A stretch of 43,932 nt of DNA, from the NCBI GenBank assembly GCA_000697335.1, contig JNEM01013818.1:1-43932 (forward strand). Reading direction: 5' to 3'. The translations under genes and the position numbers were made by a program. Numbering within the stretch: position 1 is the stretch's first letter; each line of letters begins with the position of its first letter. The notes beneath the pieces are model-generated. The model was not told the origin of the DNA, did no database searches, and saw only the letters and a list, made by a program, of their open reading frames with translations. This stretch comes from Conidiobolus incongruus B7586. Taxonomy: Eukaryota. Below, piece after piece: positions 1 to 14,752 of the stretch.

Positions 1-949
1 TTTGTTATTATTTAAATTCTATAATATTATTTTCATAAGTTTGCAAGTTTAATAATTTATTTAAAAATATAAATATAAAAAAATAATATAATATATTAAA
101 CAGGCTTTTCAGTACAATATATTTTACCTATCATATGTTATTTAATTTTGAAAATTTTAGGTCTATTATTATCTATTAATATCTATTATTATTTTATTAT
201 TCAATTTTACATGTCAATTTTTATATTCAAAAATAATTCCAAATATCTTTCAATTATTATTAATCCAATTCATAGTAAATAAGGTAGTAAAATGTGATTT
301 TTGATTGATATTTTGGTATTATTGAATATTTATTTAGTTATTAATGATTATAAGGTATTTATCTGAATGTGATAATGTATTATTAGAAAAATATTATACT
401 ATTGAATTTAATTAATTCTTTATTTAAATTTATTTTAATAATCTTTGATTTTTGTCAAATTACCAGCTTGTTAAAAAATTATGATATTAAATATAATTGG
501 GTATTGACATAAATAAACATTTAAGTTATATATATATATATATAATTTCCTGACCTATTTTGATATTTTTATTTATTTAATAATTATAATTCGATATAAT
601 TGTACAATTAAGGTTAATTTTTGAATTTAGTTTGCTATTTTAAATTTATTAGCAAATTTATTATAAATTCAAATTATAAATTCAGGAATGGTTAAAACCT
701 TGAAAATTAAAATAATTTTTTTTACATTATTGACTGACATCGAATCCGAAAATTTGAATCATTCAATAGTATGAAAAATCGAAAGTAATATTTAAAATTT
801 TAGATAAATTGATTGGCTCAAAATAAAATCATTATAATTAAGGAATATGACTTGTATTGAGAAAATCATCTTTAATTTTATTAATCCCTAGTATATTAAT
901 TAATATTTCTTTAAGAATAGATATATATTTGTATACTATAATTAAATAA

Positions 950-3163
950 ATGAGTCCAACACCTTCCTCTGATCGAAAAAAGCGCATTCAGCCAAAGAGA
1001 GCGGGTAGCACACCTTCCAATCACTCCAATAAATTAACTCCCAAATCTACAAAGAGAAAAATTCCTGCTAATAAAATGTCCACCACACCTACAAAAAATG
1101 CAAAATCACAATCAATTACCCATAAATCTGGAAGCAAAAGGTTTATTCAACTTTTTCAATCATAGTTTTTTATTAATCATTACCATAGAAAACAACCTTT
1201 TAAACTCATTGTTTCTAGAGATAATGCGATGTAAGCGTTTTAATTATGAAAAATTAATATTTTAACTCACTTATCAAAGTAGCTCTAAAAAGTCCCCACT
1301 TCCTATAACAAGGAAAAAATTAAAGTACTTTAATATTTAATGTATTATATTTTATACTAATTTTATTTCAGATCTAATTCAGTCATTTTATCTCCAGGGA
1401 ATTTCAGAGTATCTATTACAAAACGTGTTAAGGTGATTCCTCAGACTTCTAAATCAAATTCTCCTGAGCCTGAATTTGACACCTCGATCCTGAAAACACC
1501 CCCTCCTAAAGTTAAGGAACCAGAACCAGACCATGATAGAACCATTATACATTTAGATGGAATGCGTAGCATTGACTTTGATGAATGTATTATTGCTTTA
1601 CTGTGTTCATTGATCCTAAATACTAATATTTATTATAGTGCAACAGAAGCAGGATAAATCCATTTCATTAATTGAGAGTAAATTAAATTTAAATCTTGAA
1701 ATCGCTGAGGAACAATCAGATAGACCCAATCGTACTATTCTCAACCTTGACCACTCAATTGTGCAAAACAGGTCTCAGGTTATATCGCCTACTAAATCAC
1801 TTGGCTCAATACCATACGTTAGTTTCTCGAAACACGAAGCTCTTGAAAGTGACTTTAATTTCATTTGGCCAATTCAAGTGATACTGACTCCTATTTAGAT
1901 TTGCAAAAGGATGAGATTTTAGATGATACCATATCTAACAATAACAATAACAATGATATCAGCATTGATGGTTAGTGACTAACTTTACCTCATTCAATGA
2001 TTTCGAACTAATTTTGTTTCAGATTTAGATTTAGGTCTAGATTCAGCAAATCTGGATGCTCAAACTAAAGAACCCGATTCTCCAACATTAGCACATACTG
2101 AAATATCTCATCCATTAATCCAGGGTAATCCCACTACACAAGTTGAACAAGGTTAGTTTGAAACAGAAAATATTCTTGATGTTATATTAATAATACAATC
2201 ATAGAATCTAATAAATCCTTCACCGGATTTGATAACGTGTTTGATGAAATATCATTGGTGAATGATAAACAAAATGATATTGGCGAACCTGAAGCCACAT
2301 CGAATTTAGATCTGAGTTTTATAAACAACATCTCCTTAAATAATAACCCAATTTCAAACCCCGAGAATATCAATTTAGGTATAGTTGATATTAGAAAGAT
2401 TTCAAAATTAATTAATCTTATTTGATTTAGATGTTAATGTATTTGATACTAGTATCGATAAAGATGTTTCAAAGCCCACTGATATAGCTCTATCTGATTT
2501 GAATGCTAATCATAATACAAATGTTAATGCTATCAATAGTGAAGGTATTTATAAATTTAAATGTCCATATAAACATATTGCTTACAATTTAATTTTTTAG
2601 ACAATCAGATCTCCGATTTAACTCATCAAGCTAATTTGGCACCATTAGATTCTCTCACCATTAACTATCCCAATGCAACAATTCCAGGTATATTTCAATA
2701 GCATTTCTGCTTTATTCTACATTAAACTACAGATATATTTATAAAACTTTTAGATAATAATATACCTTCCACTAATTTATTTGCTGCTAACGGATTTTCT
2801 AATACCTCTAATCAGCCTGATACCCACCAGCATATTGAAGATCCATCCAATTCAGATAATAACGATAACTTTGTCCAGTCTCAAAGTATTCAGTAATGAC
2901 GAAAATACTTTGATATAGATTAAACTCAGAAGAGTATAACCGAATCTTATCTTCATTGTTTGTTTAATCATTTCTAGTGACAACGAAATAGATTCCGATA
3001 TTCAGGAATCGTAGATAGTTGGGAAGAGGAAACAGCTTGTTTGATCTGACAGATCCAAAGGTTTTTAAATCTTCATGTTCTTTTTCATTGCTATTAAACT
3101 TTAATAAACTATTTTTTAAGTTGATGATTTAAACGAGGGTATGGATTTTTTAAAAGGCTAAGG
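950..3163 (+). pseudogene. Multi-exon gene or pseudogene for a low-complexity S/T/P/N/D-rich protein
   Basis: ATG at 950, then a chain of short exons separated by ~50-nt GT-AG introns. There is an apparent frameshift near 1860 and stops after 2890. No recognisable domain. Coding-like sequence resumes after the mariner insertion. Confidence 0.5.
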
Positions 3164-3221
3164 TATAATAAATAATTTAGTAACCAAGTTATTAATTTTG
3201 AAAGTTATATTAATTGTGCTA

Positions 3222-4493
3222 TTACTCTACATTTTTAATAATAGGAATTTTTTGTAATTAAAAATAAATAAATATTTTAATATATGATATATAAAAATAA
3301 ATATATAATATAAATTTAATAGTTTTATTATTAATAACTTTTTGTTATATTTTTAATTAAGATTTAATACTTAAAAAATAATTTTTTTATTAGATTAAAA
3401 TTTAATGTTTTATAAACTAATTAAATTTTCTTATAGAAATTTTTTTATAAGCTAGTTTTTTAATTGCTTAAAGTAATTATAATTATATAAGTTATAATCT
3501 AAAAAATATATTAGATATAGTAGTTTTTTCTAGTTATTTTTAATTAAAAAGTTTTTTATAACTTTAAATTTATGTATTTTATAATTATTATATAAAATAT
3601 TAAGTTATTTTAAATTTATCAAAAACACTAATTAAAAATACTTTTATTTAATAAAACAATATTAAATTTATTATTAATTAATTTTCTATTAAAAATTAAA
3701 TAAAAGTAGTATATACTATTATAATAATTAATATTCATTTATTAATAAAATCTTTATTTAAAGGAATTTATAAAAAAAATTAATTTAACTTAATTTAAAA
3801 TTTTAATTTGTGTTTTAATAAAAGATTATATATAAAGATTTAAGATTTATTAATTATAATTATTTACTATAAAAGTTTAAGCTTTTAATAATATTTTAAT
3901 AAGTTTTATTTAACAATAACTATTTTAACTTTAAGTTTTAGTTAAATTATAAGGTATTTATTTTATATTTTTATTAATTTAATTTAAATTTTAATATATA
4001 TAATATACTTATAAAATTAATATTAAAGTACTTAAATAATTTTTTAATTAAAATAAAAAAGTGTTTTTTAATATATTTTTTTACTTTATTAACAATTAAA
4101 AAAATAATAATTAAAGTTAGTTTTTTAAATTTTAACAAGTTTTAAATAATTTTTCTCTTAACTTTAAAATAATATATTTAATATTAAATTGTTAATTTAA
4201 ATAATATTTTATTATTAAAAACTAATTATAAATTTTAAATAATTTTAAAAGGTTTATAGTTAAATTTTATTAATATTAAAATAAAAAACTTTTAATAATT
4301 ATTATTTAATTTAAACATAATTAAATTAAACAACTAATTTTAATAAGTTAATTTTTTAATCAAAAAAATTATTATATATATATATTTTAAAAATATATAA
4401 TTCCTTATTAACTTTATATATATTTATTTATTTTAAACTAATAATATATTTGAAAAATCAGAAATTAAAAAATTTCCCATTATTTTAAGGTAA
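3222..4493 (-). mobile_element. Mariner DNA transposon, degenerate copy 1 (~1.27 kb)
   Basis: Colinear with 27949-29266. Imperfect TIRs (TTACTCT..AATAATAGGAATTTTTT / AAAAAATTTCCCATTATTTTAAGGTAA). TA at 3220-21 and 4494-95. Extremely AT-rich. Confidence 0.9.
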
Positions 4494-4608
4494 TAAATAA
4501 TTAAACTTGAAACAAAAACAAAAAATCCAAGATAGCTATATTAATTAAAAAAAGTAAAAGTAAAAGTTTAGACTGATGACTTATTTTATAATAATTTCAA
4601 CATTTCAG

Positions 4609-5300
4609 ATTGTAGATTTAGTTATGCTAGACTAGATTCAGATGAGGAATACACTGATAAAGGATTAGATGGGAATCAATCTTTGGTTAAGAATGAGGTT
4701 GATGATTATAAACCTATTAATGAGAATCACTCCATGAATGAAAATACATTGAATGACCTTGAATCTGTTGACAAAGATAATTTAAGTGGCTTTATTGATT
4801 ATAACAAAGATGATGAAAATGATCCTGAATTTATCAATTTATCAAGTGAATTCAAATTAATTATCTATATATTGCTACTATATTTACATATTGAAAGTGG
4901 ATTTGTCTATGAAATCATTCAGTCTTTAAGTTAGCTCTTTTTACTATTATCAAATCCCTTGTGTATAACTATTTTGACTCAACATTTCTAGAAAATATTT
5001 ATTCCTCCCCATCACAAGGTTACATCCATCATTTTAAATAATATGTTAATACATTCAAGGATATGGACCGTTGTATCAAAATGTATAAGCATAGTCTGAT
5101 CCAAAGAAGTATTTGTAATTCACAGTTTTTGATAAAATTTTCGTAAATATAGAGCAATCAAATGATGTATAATTCAATTGGATAATATGTCAAGATCTCC
5201 TTATACATTTCCATCAGAGTATCATAGTGAAATGGTGTACCAAGTTTGTAATCGAGAAAACTATTTTGCTACTTAACAATTTAAACTATCTGGAAAAAAA
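4609..5300 (+). pseudogene. Degenerate coding remnant, acidic; possible continuation of the upstream gene
   Basis: CAG acceptor at 4608 opens the frame that includes ORF 4683-4934 (D/E/N-rich). Stops accumulate downstream. Confidence 0.35.
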
Positions 5301-6970
5301 ATACTATAAACAAACATTGAAGGTAACAGGTAATTAGTTAATTATTTACCTTGATATAATATTTGCTTAGGATGCCGATACTGAAGCATCTACTTTGACT
5401 TACTATATTGGTAGATTTTGCTTTAAACGAACTGATATATATCATAAATTACATCATTATGCAATATTATTTGAAACAAAAGTGTACAATACTATTAATC
5501 GATTCAATTTCTAATGTAGTAAAGATGTGGAAAGTGTGATTTCAAAACTGGAAAGTGATGGAAATATTTCCACAATAAGTACATTATTAGTATATTTATA
5601 CTCTATTAGTTATTCATTCAATTTTGGTGTTATAATGAAATTAAAGTTACAATTGAATTAGCTAATCATTGTTATACTATTGAAAAGTATTAAGTAAATA
5701 TTACATTCTTTGATTAACTTATTCACTTTATCAAGTTTTAACTTTATATACTATGCTGTGATATTTTTTATTTAAACATCCAATTTCCAGTACATTTCAA
5801 TATAACAAATCCCACACATCACTATTTATATAATAAAACCCAATTGCTGCACAAAATTGAATGCCAATTATCAGTAAAAATTTTCTTATATTTATTTGCA
5901 AAATTCAATTAAATCTTTGATACAGTTTATTAAATTATCTGAAAAAGTTGATTTGATATATAAATAGAAATATGAGATTTTGAGTAAATTTATTAATTTT
6001 TTATTATAAAAATTTTAAAACTTTTTAAAATTAGATATTTGTAATTTATTTATATCTTTCGTTTGATAAATTCACCTTCATATTTAATTCAAGCTTATAA
6101 TACTATACTAAAATCAAATAAAATAATAATACTAGTTTTTATAATTGTTAAAATAAATTATTTGGTATTCTAACAGTGATTATTTAAGCTATTTCAATTA
6201 AAAAATATTATATCATTAAACACATGGAAATTTCAAAATTAGAGTTTAATCAAAATATTTGTTATGTGAATTTAAGGTGATAATTAAGCAATTAGTTCGA
6301 CAATCTACATGAAAGGTCAATTGTGATATTGATTAATATTTGTATAATCAATTTTTAAATCAGAATTATATCATTTTTGTGAATGATATTAGACCAATGA
6401 TTGACAGAAGTGCTGATTGTAAAACTATGAAGATTAAGATAATGAGTAATGAAGAATGATTTATTATTGCTATTGTTTTATAGGCCTTCACACTATTGGA
6501 ATTTAATTTTAACTTAATTTTATTAATTTTGCCTTAGAAGAGAATTTTCAAATTTGGTTAATAAATAAATATTTGTCTGTTTTATCAACCAAATAGATTA
6601 TTCATATAATAAAATTTTAAACTCAATTATAATGCTGTGGTTAATTTAAAATTATCCTTTCTTTTTTGACTATATTGTTATGATATATTAACTGACATTT
6701 GTTTAGAAATTTGTGATTCAATTTGATCAAGATGATGTAGGCAAAAAAACACCTGAAACCAAAAAAATTATGAAAATTATCCCATAATAATAAATTCCAA
6801 ACATTTTACATAAAAGATTTATTTCAAAAAATTTCATAAAATCAATGAATTAAAATTATAATATATAAATTAGTTTTAACATCCACAATAATTTTACATT
6901 TATAATTTTATCCCAAGATTTAAATATAGAATCTCATTTTTTATAAATAGACTACTTGTATAAATAAATT

Positions 6971-8494
6971 ATGTCCTCAGTTACTGTTGATAATATCCCT
7001 CGTGATCGAGTTTTAGTTAACTCTGATCATGTCAGCAGAGTATGGATAATAATAAATATAAACACGAAATCATGTACTAATCTTAATTTTATTTTACTTA
7101 GGTTTCTTCTCAAGACTTTCCTCACCAATATTATCATGAAGAAAATTCTTTTGATATAGAGAGCTTTAAAAAAGTAATAATTTTATATTATATCAAAAAT
7201 ATAAAGTTAATTAAAAATTTAGAATGTTAAAATTAAATTAATTGCCGGCAATGATAAAAAATTAGAATTTGATTTCATAGGACTTTCTGAAGCTTTTGCT
7301 AATACAATTAGAAGAATAATGATTGCTGAAGTAATATGAGTATTGAATATATTATTAACAACATAAATAATTAAATACGTTTTTAGGTCCCTACTATGGC
7401 TATTGAATATGTCCGCATTTACAACAATAATGGAATTATTCAAGACGAAGTATTAGCTCATCGTCTTGGTCTCATTCCCATTAAAGCTGACCCCAGGAAA
7501 TTTTATTATAAGAGAAGTAATATATTATTTTTTATAGAAATACAAAAATATTTATATTTTAATAATTAGATAACCCCGAGGATACCAAAAACACTCTTTT
7601 ATTTAATCTTAATGTCGAATGTAAAGTGGATAATGCTAGACATGTTGAGGGTCAAGGTGTTCCTATTATTAATGGCAATGGTAATTCATTTCAAATGAAG
7701 CAAATGTATAAATCTAACAATTACTATTATTTAGTTTACTCTGAGTCTATTAAGTGGCAATCTTTCTTTGATCAAGAAGAAGAGCACAAGGATTCCCCAA
7801 TTGGCGTTGTATACCCAGATATTTTAATCACCAAGATGGTCCCTGATCAAGTAATTAATATTATACAACATCATTATCCACCTTTAATAACCGAATTTTT
7901 AATAGATTATCCATGCCGATTTATTATGCCACAAGGGACAAGGCCAAGATCATATCAAATTCTCCCCAGTTGGTAATGCTACTCTATCTAATTTTCCTTC
8001 CAGTACTAATTTAAATTTTTAGCTACCGCTTTTTATCGTTTAATGCCTGAAATTATTATTCAAAAGCCTATTGAAGGAGAATTAGCACATAAATTCCAAA
8101 GCTGTTTCCCTGCTGGTGTCATTGAAATTGAGAAGAAAAATGGTATTATAAATATATGCTTTTTATTATTTGTAACTTAAACAATTACTATAGGAGTTGA
8201 TACAGCCGTTGTTGCTAACCCCAGATTAGACCGCGTCACCCGTGAAGTCCTTCGTCATCCTGAATTTCAAGATTCCGTTAAATTGACTAGAATTAGAAAC
8301 CATATTATCTGTAAGTTTAAAATCGCACATTTATTTAAATAATATGTATTTATTTAATTATTTTAGTTAATGTGGAAACTGTTGGCAACATGACACCAAG
8401 CGATGTTTTTGAAGAATCTTTGAAAATTCTTAAGAACAAAGCTAGAAGATACTTGGTCAAATTAGAAAACTTAAATCAACCTGACTCTATTTAA
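6971..8494 (+). CDS. RPC40: RNA polymerase I/III shared subunit AC40 (RPAC1), 10 exons
   Basis: Spliced translation gives [68 protein letters not shown] and FNVETVG. Nine GT-AG introns. Stop TAA at 8492-8494. Confidence 0.96.
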
Positions 8495-9207
8495 ACTATA
8501 CATATTAAATTTATGATTAAAAATATTGACATAATCTCCAATTTTGATTCTTCATAATAGTCTGAATTTAATATAATGAAACAATATCAATAATTTATGT
8601 ATGATATTTACAGTACACTAAATATTTTATTTGTAACCCGTAGTAATATTATATGGGTAAATGCCGATTATCTATAATTATGAATTTATCATTTTGACAA
8701 CTTGCAAGCATTCATTCAAATAAGCATTTTTTTGACCAAAAAATATAAAAATATAAATTACAATGATTAATTTGGGACAATAACGTAAAATGTAAATTAT
8801 TGATTTTATTCACAACTCTAAAAATATAAAATGGAACTAGATATGTTTTATTTTATACTATTCCAATATAATCTCAAACACATTATAAGTGTATTCAATG
8901 ACTTTATTAATATACAAATCAATTTATATTATTTTATTTATTTATATTACTTTCACCTTAATAATATTTATATCTAAAAAGTAAAATGCTCAAAGAATAT
9001 AATGACCAAAAACAGTTTAGCTCTTCAGCAATATAACTATATACAGCTATTGGATAAGAATTCATATATAATAGTACAATATGATAAATAGTATATTAAC
9101 TTAATTAATAGCCAGTAAAATAATTATAGATGTAAATCTTATTTATTTTTAATATTGAACTTTTAGATAAATTAGTTCAAATGTTATATTATAGTAAGAT
9201 AACAATA

Positions 9208-11615
9208 TTAATCCACTGTAGGAGATATACTCATAAGAATTTTCAGCCATTCCAAGCCATCAAACGATCCATGTTGATTTTGAATACTTAAAGGACACGG
9301 CCCTGAAGCGAATAATAAACTAGGACACTCTCTTTGCAATTGATGATAATGAAGGTGAAATAGAGTAATCGCATCGGTTGGTACTTTAATCGGCACTGGA
9401 TTCCAATTTAACACCAAACTTTGAGAAAAATTCTGTTTCATTCTTGCAGGATTTGGATGAAAGTTATTTCGAATTTGATCCACTTGATAGGGAAGTAAAA
9501 CTCCAAGCTGTAGAAATAAATCAGAAAGACTGTGTAATATGCTAAGTAAGGTAGAAACCATGGGTGGAATTAACTGATGACAGTGTGGGAAGCCATTATA
9601 GAGTCTTTGGAGTAGGTATGGCATTCTCATAAAGAGGAGTAAAGGTGGTTCAATTTTGTCAGGATGATCTGGATCATAGCTTGTAACCTTGGAAAGTCCA
9701 ATAAAACATTTAGAAAATTGATCCAGAGTAGTGTCAGTTTCAGAGGTAGTGAATTCTCTAGGAGAGAGTAAATTCAATTTTACTTGATGAAGAGATCTAT
9801 TTTGTTGAATAAATCGGATATAATCTGATGGATCCTCTTCTTCACAGATTAAATTCATCTCCCACCAGATATAGTTATTCATAAAAGTTGTAGTTAAAGG
9901 AAGTTTTGAGGTAATTTGAGATTCTGTATCAATAGGCTGACTTTGAGGAACAAGAGCTGAAACAAGAAAAGGCTGCTTGTCAGGATCGGTAAGATTTTCA
10001 GCAGATTCTAGCAAATCCAACATATTATTAGTATTAGGCATTGAAGCTTGAATAAAATCTCGTTTGAATATGTCCCACCCGATAAAATCAGCTTCTGTCG
10101 GAGTAGGTTTGGTAACAGGTGAATCCGACTGTTTATCTTGAAAGATCTGTAATAGGCAGTGTATTGTAAGGTAGTCACCATCTCTTTTAATCATATATTG
10201 ATGCATGAATATATCTTCATCGTTATATGAAGCTTCATCTTGAAACAAATAAAAAGGTTGAGTATAATCAATTAGTTGTTTCAATATATCGTGGCCATAA
10301 GCTTCATCTAAGTCTCTATAGCAAATCCTATGAATACACTGCGTTAAAGGCAAATTGGGATCAAAGTTGGGATTTGATCCTAAATACATATTAATAGATC
10401 TGGATTTAAGATATTTAGGATCTGACCAATGCACTTGGTGAGTAAGATGTGGTGCATTCAATGCTCTACAATAATTAAATCTAGAGAGTACAGTGAGATC
10501 TTTAGATTCCAATTCGTTGTCAATTTTTAATCGTTTTTCAACTATTTCTGATGTAGGTGAACTAGGTTCCTTAATAAGATTGATGCTGTAAAGGTCCCAA
10601 TGAGACATTGCTAATTGCTGAATTTGAGATGGTGCGTCCAGATAACTCATAAAAGTAGTTTCTATCACTCCAAAGCCACACTCCAAGAACTCTTTTTTTA
10701 GTTGAGGAAGTTCGAAATCTTTTTTATATGGACAACAGTTAATGCAAACAGCCTGTATTTCCAATTTAGGTGTATCCCTATTGAATATAATTAGATCAAA
10801 TTAATATACATTCTTATTTAATCAAATACGCTTTCATTTGACCCAAATATTGATTGATTAAATAGTGGTTTAAAAGGACCGTTAGATCTGGTACAAATAT
10901 TGGGGAACTAAAAAATCAGATTAATAAGCGTTATAATGTGTTTGAATATTCGCTATATTTCAAAATACCTAGTATCTTCGACCATTTCTAAACCTTTGAG
11001 TTCTCTGTCTATTTGTTCTTTCGATGCAAGCCTTAAGTATACGATTCTTAATAATTTTAAAGGCTTTCCGTTTTCTTGAATCAAATCAGCTAATAATGAG
11101 CTAATAATATTGTGGAGTAATAAAGGTTGAGGAGAGTTCGAAGGGGTTTTTTCAACGCTTCCCAATGATATAACCTGATTTGCCTTTGAAAACAGTTTAA
11201 TTTATCAACAAAAGAAAAGAAATAAATAAGGTTACTAGAGAATAAGAATTTGGATCTTGCCAATTTATGAAGTTATGATATCCAACATGAAACAGAGCCA
11301 ACTAAAAGTTAATTAGTTGAAATGTTGATATAAAAATGATAAATAAAAATAAAGATTCAAGCTAAGGGAAAAATGTTACCTCACCTTACTCCAACTTGGG
11401 TCAGTAATTTCACTTGTAATTCTAAAATATTCAAGTGATGCTTTTTGTAATTTGGAATAGGGTGGTAAAGTTAAATGAATTTGATTAGCGGTATCATTTT
11501 GTTTAGCAACAGCATTTAACTCATCAATTTGTAAATGCTCTTCAAAAGCTCTAGGACTTCCTTTATCTAATATGATGACAGTACCAACAGTGCTATTTTC
11601 TTGAGGCAATATCAT
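9208..11615 (-). CDS. Probable Integrator subunit 13 / Asunder-like protein, 5 exons, ~719 aa
   Basis: Exons 11615-11385, 11301-11236, 11183-10969, 10907-10830 and 10777-9208 splice in frame. Colinear motifs TVIILD, SLEYFRI, HWDLYS and HQYMIKRDGDYLTIHCL resemble INTS13 TVFVVD, SMEYCRI, HFDLAS and SHMLSSHGGEIFLHVL (recalled from memory). Confidence 0.65.
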
Positions 11616-12048
11616 AATGATGTAATTAAAATTTTCACTAATTAATATTTAGGATATAAGTTGAATATTTTTCTTATTATTTTTCAGCATATAATAATTA
11701 ATATTGATTCTTGTCAAAACTATTAAAATTAAATCATATTATTTTGATGAATATATAATTATGGGAAATTTATTTGAATTTTTATGTTTAAAAAATTGAT
11801 GTTATAGAATATTTTGATATTTTTTATGAATATAAATGTGAAATAAATTATATATAAAGACTATAATAAAATAAATGAGTCAATAGGAGAATTAACCTAA
11901 TTAATTCACTCACACATTCATTAATTCAACAATGATGACGAAATCAAAACCAATTGATTAAAAACAAAAATCAAATATTAGTTGAATACAGAAAGGAGTT
12001 TTTAATATTATATAATCATTTTGTTAAATAATATTAATTGAATTAAAC

Positions 12049-14001
12049 TTATAAAAATGGTTCTAAATTGAATTCTAATGCTGATGCAACGTAGGTGATT
12101 TCAAAATTCTTCAAAACTTGAGGATGAAGAATACCAAAGTGACCAATTTCAATAACTTCAGATGAACTAGTTCTCAAAAGAATCTTGGCAGATCGTCCAG
12201 GGAAGTAGGTTGGGTAATCGGAAGGCTCAATGAAATAACCGGGTCCTGAAGCAGGATTGGATGAAACAAGAGGAACACTAAGCATATCCATTAAACGGTT
12301 TAATTCACCATGGACCAATTCAAATCCACTGGACTTATTGCAGTATACTAAAGCAACATGGCGTTCATTTCTGCAGTTTCTTTCACGAGTGTAATCTTGG
12401 AATGCAACATCTGAAGCTTCGAAAACTTTGATGGGGAGAGCGCTCTTACGATTGGAGTGAATAGTTTTAAGAAGACCAGGAAGTAATGAAGTTCTAACAA
12501 CTTGATATTCAACAGTCTTAGGATTGGCTAATAAGATGGCCTCTTTCTTAGGATCTTCCTTGTTTAAGAAGGCGTAGTTTTCATCATGAGAGCATAAGAT
12601 CAAAGACAAAACTTCTGTCCATCCTCCGAAAGCTAATTCACGACGAACCAAGTCAGACAACTTGTTAATAGGCAATGGCCCGCCAACAGTGTTGGCACCA
12701 GGCATGGTTTTAGCAATTTTGTTGTAACCATAAGCGATAGCAACATCTTCCATAACGTCGCAGGCATGTAAAATGTCACTACGAGTGGGAGGAACTTGAA
12801 CTAAAATTTCTCCATTTTGATCGACTTCGGCTAATAAAGACATACGCTTCAAATAATCGACCATTTCTGAAGGGGTAATGTTAATACCAGCAGCAGCATT
12901 AATGTAATCAGGTTTGACAGTTAATGAGCGTAAAGAGACATCAGGATAGACATGAGTAGCACCATCAGGATAAACAACTTCAACAGGTTCGACAGTAAAA
13001 GGCTCATCACAGTATTTGGCAAACATGGCAACCATTGTATTCAAGACAACTTTAGCTTTGGTCAAATCGGTAGCGGTACATTCAATGAAAACGTTACGAG
13101 TGTTCAATGTAATTTTAGAGTGCTCGCCATTAATGATAGGGGGAAGAGAGCAAACTCTCTTTTGGTTGTCAAAGATGACAGGATAAACAGGGGAATCACG
13201 GATAATGTGCAAGAATTTACCCAAATGACGATCTTTTTCGTAAAATTCCATTAACTGATTTCCATCCATTTCTTGAGTTTGATTCAAAGGAATAAATTTG
13301 ATTTGTTCAGGAGAGAGAGCATTATATTCAAAAGGTCCTTCGATAGTATCCAAGTCATGTGTACCGATAGCGACAAGGGTACGTTTTCTACAGATGTTGT
13401 TATGGAGCTTGTCTTGAAGATCGATGAAGGATTCGTAGCGGCTTTGGGTGAAGGTAATGTTACGAAGGATGGCACCAACGACAAAAGATCTAATTTGGCT
13501 GGTAGAAGGTTGAACTTTAATTTGAGTCAAAGAGCCAGAAGCAGGCTTTACAACCTTCAAAAGAGGAAGAGAAGCGTTGTTTTGGAAAATATTCAAAGCT
13601 TGAGAAATACCCTCAATGCACAAAAGATCGTATCTAAAAATTTCAATTAAAAATAAACGAACTAAATAAATATATAAAAATTTACCTGTTGGCGGGGATA
13701 TCAATTTTTAAAACTGGGCGATCAGATAAACCTTGAGCTTTATCAGCACCAAACTCCTTGGCAGCCATTTCTTGAGGAGTAGTCTATATAAATTTAATTA
13801 AAAATATTGAAATTTGAGTATAAGCTGTAATAGTTACATCTTCTTCTAATTCAATACCGAACTCGAAGCATAATTCACGGAATTCATCAGTGGCTAAAAA
13901 TAATGTTAGTATTGATTAAAATGATGTATATTTACAAATTTACTATAATTCTTTCCAAGAATTTCATAGAGTTCTTGTTTATCAACGTTAACGGTAGGCA
14001 T
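12049..14001 (-). CDS. FRS1: Cytoplasmic phenylalanyl-tRNA synthetase beta subunit, 4 exons
   Basis: Exons 14001-13944, 13893-13838, 13783-13686 and 13633-12049. MPTVNVD..ELCFEFGIELEED..IDIPANRYDLLCIEG, SFIDLQDKLH, RSDILHACDVMEDVAIAYG, RTSLLPGLLKT. Confidence 0.97.
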
Positions 14002-14178
14002 ATTAATTTAACAATAATATTTAAATAAAATAATTATATTATTGATATTTAATAATTGGCTAGTTATGATTGATTTATTGATCAATTATTGTTAATAGTC
14101 ATAGCCTAAAAAGGTATAAATATTTATTTTATTAGAGAATATTAATCGATTATGGGATAAAGCTCTATAATCAAATGT

Positions 14179-14187
14179 ATGAGTCAT
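14179..14187. promoter_or_regulatory. Gcn4/CpcA-type element ATGAGTCAT upstream of FRS1
   Basis: Perfect ATGASTCAT ~180 bp upstream of an aminoacyl-tRNA synthetase ATG. Confidence 0.5.
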
Positions 14188-14713
14188 TTTTAAAAAAAAC
14201 CTATTAAATGTATTTAATAATATTAAATATATTAATACTAATTGTGACATGATGATTTTATAGATAACTTGAACATTACTGATTCAATTAAACTGGTAGT
14301 CATCAATTTTTACCTAAAATTAAGGCAGATACAAATTATCAATTTTTCAAAAGATCATTATAAAATAATGTATTCATTTTACCATTGAATCAATCAGATC
14401 AACTAATGTTATTATGACTAAAAGATATAACTTGATCTATAATCACCAATAGACTTGAGTAATATTAATTCAAACATATGTTGAGCATTATTAAACTTTA
14501 TTACCACATTAACATAATAACTTTTAATTTTAATTTAAATAATTTATATTAATAGATCATTAATGTGTAATAAATATGAATATAAAATAAAGAATCATTA
14601 TAAAAGCTAGAGAGATTAATTAAGGTTTCTATTTATTAAATTAAAATAAATGTTTCATACAATAATTAGAGAAATTAGATTGATGTGATATACTCAAATA
14701 CCAATAAATATTG

Positions 14714-14752
14714 AGTTAAATAGCGCAGTGGTACTGTTAATTCAAAGTTGTG
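14714..14752 (+). pseudogene. Possible tRNA-Asn(GTT) relic
   Basis: A-box-like TAGCGCAGTGGTA joined directly to anticodon-loop-like CTGTTAA and AAAGTTGTG. No T-arm. Confidence 0.3.

Noticed and set aside
4960..5260. Possible CACTA-like transposase fragment (Cys-containing, YNSIG)
   Set aside because: Too degenerate, with no catalytic motif or TIRs visible.
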